In this document: positions 34,966-45,653 of the stretch, piece after piece | Position numbering within the stretch: position 1 is the stretch's first letter | Layout: each line of letters opens with the position of its first letter | Assembly: GCA_020846745.1 (NCBI GenBank) | Contig: JADLDI010000048.1 | Coordinates: 3-64,002, forward strand | DNA length: 64,000 nucleotides | From: Bryobacterales bacterium | GTDB lineage: Bacteria > Acidobacteriota > Terriglobia > Bryobacterales > Bryobacteraceae | Reading direction: 5' to 3' | Notes under the pieces: generated by a model | Database searches by the model: none | What the model saw: only the letters and a program-made list of their open reading frames with translations | Told to the model about the DNA's origin: nothing | Position numbers and translations under genes: made by a program

Positions 34966-36372
34966 TCAATGCGCCCCGCGGCCGGATAGGACGCGCGGGA
35001 TGGTGCGTAGGATTATCTTCCAGTCGAGCGCGAGCGACCAGTTGTCGATGTACTCCATGTCCTTGCGCATCCAGGTTTCGAAGTCCAGGTGGTCGCGGCC
35101 TTCGAGCGCCCAGAGGCAGGTCAAACCCGGGCGCATGCGGAGGCGGCGGCGCTGCCAGCGTTTGTAATGTTCGACCTCTTCCGGAACCGCCGGCCTGGGC
35201 CCAACCAGGGACATGTCGCCTTTGAGCACGTTCCACAACTGCGGCCACTCGTCGATCGAGAACCGGCGCAACCAGCGGCCGATACCCGTTAGCCGCGGAT
35301 CGTTCGGGATCTTGAACGCGATCTGCTTCTTGTTCAGGTGCTGCAGGCTTTGCTTCAATTCCTCGGCATTCTGCACCATCGACCGGAACTTATAGAACGT
35401 GAACCGGCGGCCATTCAGACCGCAGCGGATTTGGCGGAAGATCGCCGGTCCGGGAGAGGTCACCTTAATCAACAGGACAATGGCGCCCATGATCGGCGCC
35501 AGCAGAACCAAAGACGCGATGGCCAGCATGACGTCGGTGGCGCGCTTGAGGAACAGGAGAATCTCATCGTGCGGCGCGGCGGAGAAGGTCAGCAGCGGCA
35601 CGGTTTCGAGGCGGTCGAGGTAGACATCGCTGTTCACGTGCGGGAAGAAATCGACGGCCACGCGGGTGCGGACACCGTCTTCGTCGCAGAGCAAAAGGAT
35701 ATCTTCGAGCTGGCGCAGGCGGTCGGAATCGACGGCGAAGATGATTTCGTCGATGATGTGCTTTTCGAGCAGGTTCTGCAGCCCTGCGAGGGGGTAAACG
35801 GGGTGGTCCTGGAGCCGTGACGCGGGCTGATCGCTGTGGTCGGCGAGGAAGCCGACGAAGCGAATTCCGTACCGGGCCGAGCGCACAAGCGACTCCGCCA
35901 GGCGTTGCGCACGCTGTCCGGTTCCGACCAGCAAAACAAAGTGCGGCGCACCGAACTCGCGGCGAATCCAGCCGACCACACGGCCGGCGTTCAGCCGGAA
36001 CAGGCACAGCAGCACCCAGCTATACACCGCGAGCAACGCCATGAACAAACGGGAAACATCCAGGCGCAGCAGGTACTGCAGAAACACAAGCGCTGCGGTT
36101 CCCAACAGGCTTTGCTTAAATGAGTCGCGCAGAATCACCCGCGGATGGGCGGAATCGAGCCTGTCGTACACCTGGAGCCAGTAGCCCAGCACAGGCCAGG
36201 CGAGCACACACGCCCCCAGCAGCAGGCTCTTCACCGGGGGCAGGAAGTAGAACACCCGCTCAAGCGGCAGCAACTCGCGGCTTTCATAAGCGGCAGCAAA
36301 GGCCAGAGCAACGACGACCACGTCGGCTAAGGCAAACAGTAGCTTGACCTTACGATGGCTGCGGCTAAACAC
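34966..36372 (-). CDS. undecaprenyl-phosphate sugar phosphotransferase (WcaJ/EpsB-type initiating transferase)
   Basis: KRATDVMLAIASLVLLAPI, SPGPAIFRQIRCGLNGRRFTFYKFRSM, PRLTGIGRWLRRFSIDEWPQLWNVLKGDMSLVGPRP. A GTG start at 36372 is proposed; the ORF-track start at 36729 overlaps the divergent gene. Confidence 0.85.
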   Translation of the reverse strand: MFSRSHRKVKLLFALADVVVVALAFAAAYESRELLPLERVFYFLPPVKSLLLGACVLAWPVLGYWLQVYDRLDSAHPRVILRDSFKQSLLGTAALVFLQYLLRLDVSRLFMALLAVYSWVLLCLFRLNAGRVVGWIRREFGAPHFVLLVGTGQRAQRLAESLVRSARYGIRFVGFLADHSDQPASRLQDHPVYPLAGLQNLLEKHIIDEIIFAVDSDRLRQLEDILLLCDEDGVRTRVAVDFFPHVNSDVYLDRLETVPLLTFSAAPHDEILLFLKRATDVMLAIASLVLLAPIMGAIVLLIKVTSPGPAIFRQIRCGLNGRRFTFYKFRSMVQNAEELKQSLQHLNKKQIAFKIPNDPRLTGIGRWLRRFSIDEWPQLWNVLKGDMSLVGPRPAVPEEVEHYKRWQRRRLRMRPGLTCLWALEGRDHLDFETWMRKDMEYIDNWSLALDWKIILRTIPRVLSGRGAH

Positions 36373-36421
36373 GCTTTGGGACTCAGGATAACAAATAGAA
36401 AGGCCTTGGTAACCTATCCCT

Positions 36422-38155
36422 TTGGCCCTCTCCCAGCGCTCCCACTGGATTATCCTTATTACCGCGGCCCTACTGTTCGGCCTGTCGGCTACGTCTCCGC
36501 CTTCGCTGATGGATGACGTCGATGCCGTGCAGGCGCAGATCGCACGCAACATGCTCGATTCGGGCGACTGGGTGACGGCACGGCTGAACGGCGTGGCGTA
36601 TCTGGAGAAAGCGCCGCTCAAGTACTGGATGATCGCCGTGTCGTACATGATCTTCGGCGTACACGATTGGGCGGCGCGGATTCCGATGGTGCTGGCGGCC
36701 ATTGGGCTATCGCTGCTGGTGGCGCGCATGGGCGCGTGGGGTTATAACGATTGTGTCGGCCGGTACGCCGGGCTGATCCTGGCCACGGCGCCGGGCCTAT
36801 GGCTCTTTACGCGCATCCTGATACCCGATGTTGTACTCACCCTGACGATTGCCCTGGCGCTGTGGAGTTTCATACGGGCGCTTGAGGAAACGGCGCAATG
36901 GGCCTGGGTGTTCTGGGTTTGCCTTGCACTTGGTTTTCTGCTGAAAGGGCTGATCGCCATGGTGTTCCCGGCCGGCATTGCGGCCGTGTACCTGGCGATG
37001 ACGGGACAGTGGCGAGTGTGGCGGCGGCTGCGCCCATTTTCCGGCATGCTGGTCACGCTCGCGATTGCCGCGCCGTGGGTGGTTCTGGCCACCCTTCGCA
37101 ATCCGCCCTATTTCGACTTCACCATGCACTCGGCGAAGGGCGAATACCACGGCTTCTTCTGGTTCTTCTTCTTCAACGAGCACCTGTTCCGTTTTCTGAA
37201 CATGCGCTACCCCAGGGATTACAACACGGTGTCGCGACCGCTTTTCTGGGCGTTCCACCTGCTGTGGTTCTTCCCCTGGAGCGCTTACGCGTACCAGGCG
37301 TTCCGCCAAAAGTTGCGACTGACCGACCGGCCGGGACGGATGCGCCTGCTGTGCCTCATCTGGGTGCTATTCATCCTGGGATTCTTCACGTTTTCGACCA
37401 CGCAGGAGTATTACTCGATGCCCGCGTATCCGGCCATTGCGCTGCTGCTTGCGCTGGCGTGGCGCAGTCCCAAGTCGGAGGCGCCGGTGCGCGCCGTGGC
37501 ATTCATCACCGGCCTGATCGCGATCGTCCTCGGGGCGTTGTTCGTTCTGTCCGCAAGCTATCCGACACCGGGCGATATCTCGCAGGCGCTCACTTTGAAC
37601 CCGGACGCCTACACACTCTCTTTAGGACACATGCAGGACCTCACCCTGCCGGCACTCGCCTATCTACGGCTTCCGCTGCTCGTGGCGGCGCTCGCATTCG
37701 CTGGGGGAACGGCGGCGGCGCTCATGCCGCGATACCGTGTGATCGGGTTGGTGGCGATGATGCTGATGTTCACGTTCGCAGCGCGGCTGGCGTTGATCGC
37801 ATTCGACCCGTACCTGGCGTCGCGGCCGCTGGCGGAAGCGTTGAAGGCAGCGCCCAAGGGAGAAGTGGTTGTGGATAACCAGTACTATACGTTTTCTTCC
37901 GTGTTCTTCTACGCCAACCTGAAACAGGCCTGGCTGCTGAACGGCAGGGTGACGAACCTGGAATATGGATCGTACGCGCCCGGAGCGCCGGACGTGTTTC
38001 TGACAGACGAGGAATTCGTGGAGAAGTGGAAATCGCCGCAGCGGTACTATCTGCTGATCGAAGGGCCGTCGGTAAGCCGGCTGAAGGACAAGGTGGAGTT
38101 AGTGGAAGTTAAGGCGGCGGGCGGGAAGTTTCTGTATACGAACCGCAAGTTATAG
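36422..38155 (+). CDS. ArnT-like glycosyltransferase (GT39/GT83 family)
   Basis: Multi-TM. N-terminal motif DDVDAVQAQIARNMLDSGDWVTARLNGVAYLEKAPLKYW. Confidence 0.85.
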   Translation: MALSQRSHWIILITAALLFGLSATSPPSLMDDVDAVQAQIARNMLDSGDWVTARLNGVAYLEKAPLKYWMIAVSYMIFGVHDWAARIPMVLAAIGLSLLVARMGAWGYNDCVGRYAGLILATAPGLWLFTRILIPDVVLTLTIALALWSFIRALEETAQWAWVFWVCLALGFLLKGLIAMVFPAGIAAVYLAMTGQWRVWRRLRPFSGMLVTLAIAAPWVVLATLRNPPYFDFTMHSAKGEYHGFFWFFFFNEHLFRFLNMRYPRDYNTVSRPLFWAFHLLWFFPWSAYAYQAFRQKLRLTDRPGRMRLLCLIWVLFILGFFTFSTTQEYYSMPAYPAIALLLALAWRSPKSEAPVRAVAFITGLIAIVLGALFVLSASYPTPGDISQALTLNPDAYTLSLGHMQDLTLPALAYLRLPLLVAALAFAGGTAAALMPRYRVIGLVAMMLMFTFAARLALIAFDPYLASRPLAEALKAAPKGEVVVDNQYYTFSSVFFYANLKQAWLLNGRVTNLEYGSYAPGAPDVFLTDEEFVEKWKSPQRYYLLIEGPSVSRLKDKVELVEVKAAGGKFLYTNRKL

Positions 38156-38202
38156 CGGCAGGGGCGGGCTTGGGTAACCCGCCCCTATCCTTAGATCAGT
38201 TA

Positions 38203-38577
38203 CTACTCGTAAGTCGGAATCGAAGCGACAAAGGCGGCCTCAACCAGGAGCCCCGGGCGTAAGTCGACCCCATACTCGCCGAACGTCGGAGAATGGTCGC
38301 CGAAATACTCCTTGTAGACGGCGTTCACGGCGGCGGAATCGGCCATATCCTGCAGATACACCTTTACAGAAACAACCTCATCCTTGTTCGCGCCGACCTG
38401 TTCCAGCTTGTGATCCAGTTGGCGGAAGATCTCGCGCATCTGCTCGGCGGCGCCGCCGGGCACCGGCTCGGTTTGACCTTCCGGAATGCCCGTCAGCTCC
38501 ACCTGAAGCACATTGCCGGCGTAAAAAACGGCATCACTTACGGGGAAATCAGTATGTGAATCAATATACCTGGTCAT
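38203..38577 (-). CDS. RidA/YjgF-family protein
   Basis: 124 aa with the typical length and pattern (FRQL...VGANKDEVVSVKVYLQDM..AVNAVYKEYF). Confidence 0.8.
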   Translation of the reverse strand: MTRYIDSHTDFPVSDAVFYAGNVLQVELTGIPEGQTEPVPGGAAEQMREIFRQLDHKLEQVGANKDEVVSVKVYLQDMADSAAVNAVYKEYFGDHSPTFGEYGVDLRPGLLVEAAFVASIPTYE

Positions 38578-38625
38578 GGCTTACCTTTTCCTGCTTGGGT
38601 TTCGTTTCAGGACCACATAAGAGCA

Positions 38626-39540
38626 CTAACTACTTGCTTGCGGCGATTGGGCCATCAGTATGGCGATTGCGATCGAGTGGATCTTTGTCTCCGGCGTTTC
38701 GGCCCGCGACAGCAGTATGAGCGGAACCTTGGCCCCGATCACCACGCCGCCCGATTCACCATTCGCAAAGTAAAGGATCGCGCGATAGAGTATGTTCGCC
38801 GCCTCAATGTCGGGCGGGATAAAGATGTCGGTCTGTTCGACCAGCGGGCTGTTGATCCCCTTACGGTCGGCCGCGAACTTACTCAACGGCACGTCCATCG
38901 CAATGGGACCTTCGACATAGGCGCCGGTAATCTGCCCGCGGCGGTTCATCATTGTCAGGGCGGCGGCATCGAGCGTCGCCGGCATATCGGGATTGACGAA
39001 CTCCAGGCCGCATAGCAGCGCGAGCTTCGGTTCGGTAATGCCGATCGCATGGGCAACCTCAATCGCATTGCGGCAGATCTCGGCTTTCTGCGCGAGGGTG
39101 GGGGCGATGTTGATCGCTGCGTCGCTCATCAGCATCAGGCGATCGATGCCAGGCACCTGAAACACGATCACCTGGCTGAGCAGGCGGCCGGCGCGCAATC
39201 CGGCCTCTCTGTCCAACACACCGTGCATCAAGGCTGACGTTTTGATCTTGCCCTTCATCAGAAGGGAAGCCGTTTTGTCACGAACCAGACCGATGGCTTT
39301 GCGGAGCGCGAGTGATTCCTCGCGCTCGTCCACCAACTGATCGTCGGGAATTTTCCAGGAAACCTGTTCCGCCAGGGCTTGGATCTTCGCCTTGTTACCG
39401 ACGAAGATCCCTCTGGCCAAACCGATTTCCTCGGCCGTTTTCATGGCCTCGACGACATCCGGATCGTGCGCGGCCGCTATCGCCACCGTGGCGGGGCCCT
39501 TTTGGCGGGCGGCCTCGACGAGGTCCTGCAGTCGCCGCAT
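38626..39540 (-). CDS. phosphate acetyl/butyryltransferase family protein
   Basis: 304 aa. VAIAAAHDPDVVEAM and GNKAKIQ fit the PTA_PTB-like layout. Its start overlaps the upstream stop by 1 nt (TAATG). Confidence 0.8.
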   Translation of the reverse strand: MRRLQDLVEAARQKGPATVAIAAAHDPDVVEAMKTAEEIGLARGIFVGNKAKIQALAEQVSWKIPDDQLVDEREESLALRKAIGLVRDKTASLLMKGKIKTSALMHGVLDREAGLRAGRLLSQVIVFQVPGIDRLMLMSDAAINIAPTLAQKAEICRNAIEVAHAIGITEPKLALLCGLEFVNPDMPATLDAAALTMMNRRGQITGAYVEGPIAMDVPLSKFAADRKGINSPLVEQTDIFIPPDIEAANILYRAILYFANGESGGVVIGAKVPLILLSRAETPETKIHSIAIAILMAQSPQASS

Positions 39541-40772
39541 TACTTCACCGGCGTCTTCGCGACAACCGATTCGACGATCTGGTCGAACTCTTCCCCGCTG
39601 AGCAGCGCTTTCTTCTCGATCGAAAGCTGTTTCACCTTGGCGACGATGGCGTCCATCTCCTGCGCGGTGGCTTCGATTTTGCGCCGTTCCAAGTGCTCTT
39701 CGATGTTGGCCAGACCGCTGCCCTTGCCGAGCGCGACGTCAACACCCGGGCGGCCCACCATTTCGGGCGCGAATGGGATATATTCGAGCGGCTCAACGAC
39801 GCGGCAGCGGCGATGGAACATGCTGACGATGCCGGACTCGATGTTATACAGCCAGTCGCCGACGATCGGCCGGTTCGACGGTACGGTAATGCCCGCGAGT
39901 TCCTGCACCAGCTTCGACATGCCGTAGAAAGTCTCGGTCTTGATGCCCAGGTCGACGTCGTACATGCAGCGCAGCGCCATCACCGTGTCTTCCAAAGGCA
40001 CGTTGCCCGCGCGCTCACCCGTTCCGGTGATCGTCAGATGGGCGACGGAAGCGCCCGCGGCCAGTGCGGCGATCGTGTTTGCCACACCCATGCCGAAGTC
40101 TTCATGGCAGTGGATTTCGATCGGCTTGTTGAACCGCTTTACCAACTGCGCGACCACGCTCGCCACCGCTTCCGGCGTGCAACCGCCGAACGAATCGGCC
40201 AGCGTCAGCGAATCCATGTGGCCGTTGGTGGCCACTTCGTCGATCAGGTCCATGTACTCGTTCAGATCGGACCGTGTGCTGTCGATGGTGAAGAACGCGG
40301 TGTACAGGCCGGCTTCCTTCGCCGCCAGCGTGGTTTCGATCGACGACTTCTTCGCCCAGTCCATCGTCTTGCCATAGGCGTTCTTAATAATGTGCGAGCT
40401 GGACGGAATCTCCGTCACCACGCCGAACACGCCGCAGTCTTTCGCCAGTTTCACATCGGCGGGCATGCAGCGTGCAAACGAGAAGATCTCGCAGGGCAGA
40501 TCGAGCGCGACGATGTCTTTGATCGCCGCTTCGTCTTCGGCCGACACGGCGGGCATTCCGGCTTCAATGCGGTGGATGCCGGCTTCGGCCAGTTTCTTTG
40601 CGATTGCCACTTTCTCCTGGCGCCGGAAGACGATACCAGTCTGTTGTTCGCCGTCGCGGAGGGTTACGTCGTGGACTCTGATTTTCGCGGGAAAGTTCAA
40701 TTTCGCGCGGACTTCGGGGCTGTGGTTCCAGGGGCTTGTAAACCAGCGGTTTGTTTTCCAGGGAGTGCTCAT
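39540..40772 (-). CDS. HMGL-like pyruvate carboxyltransferase family protein (isopropylmalate/homocitrate synthase-like)
   Basis: IRVHDVTLRDGEQQTGIVF and HCHEDFGMGVANTIAALAAGA are DRE-TIM metallolyase motifs. Confidence 0.85.
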   Translation of the reverse strand: MSTPWKTNRWFTSPWNHSPEVRAKLNFPAKIRVHDVTLRDGEQQTGIVFRRQEKVAIAKKLAEAGIHRIEAGMPAVSAEDEAAIKDIVALDLPCEIFSFARCMPADVKLAKDCGVFGVVTEIPSSSHIIKNAYGKTMDWAKKSSIETTLAAKEAGLYTAFFTIDSTRSDLNEYMDLIDEVATNGHMDSLTLADSFGGCTPEAVASVVAQLVKRFNKPIEIHCHEDFGMGVANTIAALAAGASVAHLTITGTGERAGNVPLEDTVMALRCMYDVDLGIKTETFYGMSKLVQELAGITVPSNRPIVGDWLYNIESGIVSMFHRRCRVVEPLEYIPFAPEMVGRPGVDVALGKGSGLANIEEHLERRKIEATAQEMDAIVAKVKQLSIEKKALLSGEEFDQIVESVVAKTPVK

Positions 40773-41005
40773 GATAAATCCTTACAGGTAAAAGCATACA
40801 CCTCTGACGTGAAAGCCGTCCAGATAATCAGGTCGGCTTGTCGCCGTTGCCGATTTCAGCATACTGCCGATTCCCTGGACAGCGTCGCCGGTCCGGCTTT
40901 CCACCAGACACGGGGAGGTAGGTGCATTATATAAGGCTTCGCCGGGTGCTTGGGGAAACAGGGGCGCGGCCGCGGGGCTCTAACCTGATGGAAGGAGGTT
41001 CGAAC

Positions 41006-41230
41006 ATGCGGCGAACTGTACTGGTGTTACTAGCAGGCGCGGGGCTGATCGGCTGCACGGGCGGCAAGGATGTAAGCCATGGCGCGCGCGAGGGGGTGGA
41101 ACGGACGGGGTCGCTGACAGGGTCGACACCGCAGCCGTCTCAGAGTAACAACGAAAGCCGCGGGCCTTCGTCGGCCGAAGCCTATGGGACAAACCGGTCG
41201 TCCGGCACGGAGGGTACGCGCGGGCGGTAG
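41006..41230 (+). CDS. small putative lipoprotein
   Basis: 74 aa with a GGAGG RBS 5-6 nt upstream and the lipobox LLAGAGLIGC. Confidence 0.5.
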   Translation: MRRTVLVLLAGAGLIGCTGGKDVSHGAREGVERTGSLTGSTPQPSQSNNESRGPSSAEAYGTNRSSGTEGTRGR

Positions 41231-41377
41231 GAGAGTCAAGAGCCACCGGGAACTGCGACAGCGACGGGCGCGCACCAACAACGCCCAATCAGGCAGACGC
41301 GCATTGGGTCGGGCAGGCACCAGATAGAGAGCACAATCCGGGGCTATAGCGCCACGAAACAGTGTAGAATACTTCAC

Positions 41378-44035
41378 ATGTGGTGGTCCGCTATAGTGAA
41401 ATTCATCTCGCAACGCCGTCGAATTTACCCCTTTTTAGGCGTATTGCTGATTTTAGGTCTTACCCTCCCACTTTGGCTTAGCCGGGCACAGTCGTCGGGG
41501 CAGCCCCCGCTGAGAGTTGGAAGCATTCCGGCTTACGGGACCGACGGACTCGTGAAAGGAGAAGTTGCGGTTGCATCACCGGCCGACTATTGGGTCGGCG
41601 TGTACATCTTTGTCCCGGACGTGGGCTGGTTTGCGCGGCCGGGGGCATGCTTCTCTCAGGCGGTTCCAGGGCCGGACGGAAAATTCCAGGCCGACGTCAG
41701 TCAGGTCCCTTTAGACCGCGAAGCCACCGAGATCAGCATCTATGTGTTCGAGCGTCGCTTTACGCCCCCTTGTGTGAACAAAGCAGCTGCGCTTCCTTTT
41801 GCAATCGAGAGGAACGCCCTGGCCTCACGCACGTTTCAACGGGAGCCCCGATTACGAAGGCTTCGGTTTGGCGGCTTTGATTGGTACGTAAAGACGAGCG
41901 TTGTTCCGACCGGGCCCGGGCCCGAGACCCCGAACTATTTCCTGGACTCGCCTAACAACGTGTATATCGACGCGCTAGGCCGGCTGCACCTGAGAATCAG
42001 CCGTTGCGGCGACACCTGGTGTAGCAGTGAAATCTTCACAGAGAAGACCCTAGGCTTCGGAACATACAGGTTAACGGTTGAGACCGACGTTAGTAAGATT
42101 GACAGCAATGCCGTTCTGGGCGCCTTTACATGGAACCATCGGGCCGAAGCGAACCACCGCGAGATAGACATCGAATTCTCGAAATGGAGCCGTCCTGCAG
42201 AAGTCAACAACGCACAGTATGTGATTCAGCCCTATGAACAGCCCGGCAATATGCGGCGGTTCGCAATTCCCTCGGGATCAGGATCCACTACACATTTCAT
42301 CAACTGGAATCGGGACCGGGTCACCTTCCAATCGCAAACGTTAGCGGGCCAATCTATTCAATCCTGGACTTACTCGAACAACATAGCTATTCCCGAGAAT
42401 GCGCTCGGAACGCAGTTTCATTTGAACTTTTATTTAAACAACAGCATTCCCCCAACCACGAACGCGGAGCAGGAAGTAATAATCTCGAACTTCGGATTCT
42501 TCCCGGCCGCGCCAGAAGTCACGTTCACCAGTCAGTCTGTAACTTCTTCGTTCACCGCTCAAGCCCTGTCTGTCGCAGTGAATAGCATCGACCAGAGTTG
42601 CCGGTGGAGTGTTGTGTCGCAAACGCCGTGGGCTGAGGTGATCGACGGGGCGGGTTCCGGTAACGGATTACCGAAGATTCGCCTTGAAGAAAACACCGGA
42701 CCGGCAAGAACGGCAGTGCTGCAGCTCGACTCGCGCAACTGCAATTTAGGCAATCAGTCCATCGTGACGGTCACTCAGGCTGAACCCGATTGTTCCGTCA
42801 CGTTCACACCGGGGGCGCTCTATACGGACTTCCGGTCGAAAGTGGAAACAGTGGCGGTGGCATTGGCTTCCCCGGCCTGCGGCTTCACAATGTCATCGGT
42901 GGCGCCATGGCTGCGGATCATCCGGCAACCAGTCATTTCGCAGCAGGGAACGGGCACATTTGACGTGGCGGTCACGGCGAATGATGGGCAATTCCGCACG
43001 GATAGCATTCGCGCAAATCTGAGCACCTTGCCGGTGCTTCAGGATGCCGCCGGCACCGTCTTCTCAGTACATCCCTCCCCCGCCGTGGGCTGCAGAGCCA
43101 CCGGCACCAAACCGGCGGTGAAAGCGTTTGCCTCTTCACCGCTACCGTTAATGCAGATTCGTTTGGGATCACCGGAAGGAGCATTAGTTGCAGAACTGCA
43201 GTCCGCTGGCCTGATCACTCTTGGTGACCGGATTTCGGATGGCAATCAACTCTACCTGGTTGGACGCAGCAATCCAGCGGATGCGAACGTCACATTGGCA
43301 GTAGCGCGGGTTTCCATACGAGACGACTGCGGAGCTGCGAGCACTGGCTTGGCAGGATCGGCGGTTGTTGACGGCGTAAGTTTCAGCAAGCCTGTTCTAG
43401 TACCAAACAGCATCGCAACTCTGTTTGGTTCAAATCTGAGTTCCGCGACCGTATCGGCCGCTGCTGGTCCGGTTGAGGAGCTTGGCGGTGTCGGGTTGCG
43501 GCTGTGTGGCGTGCGCCCGAAACTGTTTTTCGTAAGTCCCAAGCAGATCAACTTCCTGGTCCCGACAGAATGTACGGCTGGAAGGCATCGGCTTACGTTG
43601 AATGACCAGCTCATGCAGGAGGTGGCGGTCGTTTCTAGCGCTCTTTCTCTGGCTGTGGTCGGTGGAGGGGAATCTGGCGTTCCATTGGGGTTTGCAACCC
43701 TGGTGAACGGCAGCAGCCGGACAGACATACCGCTGTTCACATGCGATGACAAAGGGAGTTGCATGGCGGCAAAGATCGAGGCATCTGGCGCTAGTGACTT
43801 ATACCTTGCACTATATGGAACCGGATTGGGCGACGCGGCGAAAGAGCGCATTGTCGCACGCCTCGGAGATGAAGCCGGCGAGGTCTTGTTCGCCGGACCG
43901 CATCCACAGTACCCCGGCATGGACCAGATCAACATCCGGTTCCGCGTGGATCAGTTGAAAAATGGAACCTCATCCCTGACGTTAAGGACGAATGGAATTA
44001 CCTCGAACGAGGGCGTGATCAACCTGGCATTGTAA
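41378..44035 (+). CDS. secreted GH16-like (ExDxE) protein with Ig/BACON-like repeats and Solibacter-type C-terminal domain
   Basis: HREIDIEFSKW matches the GH16 catalytic ExDxE motif. Mid-region repeats follow (CRWSVVSQTPWAEV...NTGPARTAVLQL). C-terminal PNSIATLFGSNL...VSPKQINFLVP and LYGTGLG resemble TIGR03437. Confidence 0.7.
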   Translation: MWWSAIVKFISQRRRIYPFLGVLLILGLTLPLWLSRAQSSGQPPLRVGSIPAYGTDGLVKGEVAVASPADYWVGVYIFVPDVGWFARPGACFSQAVPGPDGKFQADVSQVPLDREATEISIYVFERRFTPPCVNKAAALPFAIERNALASRTFQREPRLRRLRFGGFDWYVKTSVVPTGPGPETPNYFLDSPNNVYIDALGRLHLRISRCGDTWCSSEIFTEKTLGFGTYRLTVETDVSKIDSNAVLGAFTWNHRAEANHREIDIEFSKWSRPAEVNNAQYVIQPYEQPGNMRRFAIPSGSGSTTHFINWNRDRVTFQSQTLAGQSIQSWTYSNNIAIPENALGTQFHLNFYLNNSIPPTTNAEQEVIISNFGFFPAAPEVTFTSQSVTSSFTAQALSVAVNSIDQSCRWSVVSQTPWAEVIDGAGSGNGLPKIRLEENTGPARTAVLQLDSRNCNLGNQSIVTVTQAEPDCSVTFTPGALYTDFRSKVETVAVALASPACGFTMSSVAPWLRIIRQPVISQQGTGTFDVAVTANDGQFRTDSIRANLSTLPVLQDAAGTVFSVHPSPAVGCRATGTKPAVKAFASSPLPLMQIRLGSPEGALVAELQSAGLITLGDRISDGNQLYLVGRSNPADANVTLAVARVSIRDDCGAASTGLAGSAVVDGVSFSKPVLVPNSIATLFGSNLSSATVSAAAGPVEELGGVGLRLCGVRPKLFFVSPKQINFLVPTECTAGRHRLTLNDQLMQEVAVVSSALSLAVVGGGESGVPLGFATLVNGSSRTDIPLFTCDDKGSCMAAKIEASGASDLYLALYGTGLGDAAKERIVARLGDEAGEVLFAGPHPQYPGMDQINIRFRVDQLKNGTSSLTLRTNGITSNEGVINLAL

Positions 44036-44327
44036 GTGCTTGTCACGGCACGTGGCAAACCTCACTCAGGTGAAAGGTCGAGGCGGAATTCGATTGCAGC
44101 GAGTGGCGGCTTCGCGTGTCAACGGGATATGCCAACCTTTACAACAAAACGCAACAACTCGCCCGCGAAGGCGCATAGCGCCCAATCCAATGCCGGATCT
44201 TCGCATACAAATCCGGACCGGAAGAAAAAGTCGAGCGGAGGCGGGGCCAAGCAGCGCAAACGCGGCGCTGCCGAATAGGCTGCACGTCCTCGCGTCCGCC
44301 ACAACATGCCAATGCTATCGTGGTCGC

Positions 44328-45653
44328 ATGTGGCGACTTCCCGCCGCCCTGCTGTTACTATCGGCATTCGCGGCGGCCCAGAACATCGCGATCAGTTCGC
44401 ATACGCTTTCAAACGGGATGAAGATCCTGATTCACGAGGATCGCGACATCCCGAACGTCGCCCTGTACTTCTTCTATAAGGTCGGCTCCAGAAACGAACG
44501 GCCGGGCGCCACCGGTATGTCGCACTTCTTCGAGCACATGATGTTCAACGGAGCCAAGAAGTACGGTCCCAAGATGTTCGACGTGGTGATGGAGAAGAAC
44601 GGCGGGCGGAACAACGCCTACACCAGCCGCGATGTGACCGTGTATCAGGACTGGTTTCCGGCCACCACCCTCGAAACCATCCTCGACCTCGAGGCCGACC
44701 GCATCGGACACCTGGCCTTCGACCCCAAAATTATCGAAAGCGAGCGTGGCGTCGTCTATTCGGAGCGCCGGCTGCGGGTGGATAACGATAACTCGGGACT
44801 GCTCAGCGAGAACCTGAACGCCGCCGCCTATCTGGCGCATCCCTATCACTGGCCGGTGGTCGGTTGGGCGTCGGATATTGAGACCTGGACGATCGACGAT
44901 TTGAAGCACCACTTCGCCATGGGATACGCGCCGAATAACTGCGTGCTTGTGGCGGCCGGGGCCGTGAAGGAAGCGGAGTTTCTGGCGCTGGCGCGGAAAT
45001 ATCTCGAACCCATTCCCCGCCACGATCCGCCGCCGCCCGTCCGGACGAAAGAGCCGGAGCAGTTAGGGGAACGCCGGTTTTCGATCCGCAAGCCGGCGCA
45101 GGCGCCGTTGCTGGGAGTGAGTTACCACATACCGCAGACTACTCATGCCGATTGGTGGCCAATACAGTTATTACGCGCGGTGCTGACCCAAGGCCGCAGC
45201 GCGCGCCTCTACCGGCGCTTGGTGGAGCAGGATCAACTGGCGGTAGATATCGATGGCATGGCCGGGGAGTCGCTCGATCCCGGGCAATTCCTGCTATTCA
45301 CCCAACTGCGGCCGGGCGTTGATCCCGCCAGGGCAGAGGCAGCTCTGCTGGATGAGATCGCGACGATCAGGATTAAGTCCATCCCTGATGCGGAACTTAC
45401 TAAGGCTCGTAACCAGCTAATGGCAGCGTTGTTTCGAAACCTGAAGACCATCGACGGCAAGGCGAACGCGATCGGCGAGGCCGAAGTGTTCTACGGCGAC
45501 TATCGCAAGATCAATACGTTTGCCCAGGACTTGCAGAAGGTCACGCCCGCCGATCTGCAGCGCGTGGCGAAACAGTATCTGCGAGACGACAAGCGGACCG
45601 TCGGCACGATTGTGCCGTCAACCGATGCGGGCGCGGAGGAGTCCGCGCGATGA
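44328..45653 (+). CDS. M16-family zinc peptidase (active subunit)
   Basis: Signal peptide MWRLPAALLLLSAFAAAQ and the inverted zinc motif HFFEHMMFNG (HxxEH). Confidence 0.9.
   Translation: MWRLPAALLLLSAFAAAQNIAISSHTLSNGMKILIHEDRDIPNVALYFFYKVGSRNERPGATGMSHFFEHMMFNGAKKYGPKMFDVVMEKNGGRNNAYTSRDVTVYQDWFPATTLETILDLEADRIGHLAFDPKIIESERGVVYSERRLRVDNDNSGLLSENLNAAAYLAHPYHWPVVGWASDIETWTIDDLKHHFAMGYAPNNCVLVAAGAVKEAEFLALARKYLEPIPRHDPPPPVRTKEPEQLGERRFSIRKPAQAPLLGVSYHIPQTTHADWWPIQLLRAVLTQGRSARLYRRLVEQDQLAVDIDGMAGESLDPGQFLLFTQLRPGVDPARAEAALLDEIATIRIKSIPDAELTKARNQLMAALFRNLKTIDGKANAIGEAEVFYGDYRKINTFAQDLQKVTPADLQRVAKQYLRDDKRTVGTIVPSTDAGAEESAR

Noticed and set aside
39312-40934. 540-aa ORF on the plus strand.
   Set aside because: It is antisense to the well-supported HMGL-like gene and to the phosphotransacylase start. 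It is Arg/His-rich with no motifs, a typical high-GC shadow ORF.
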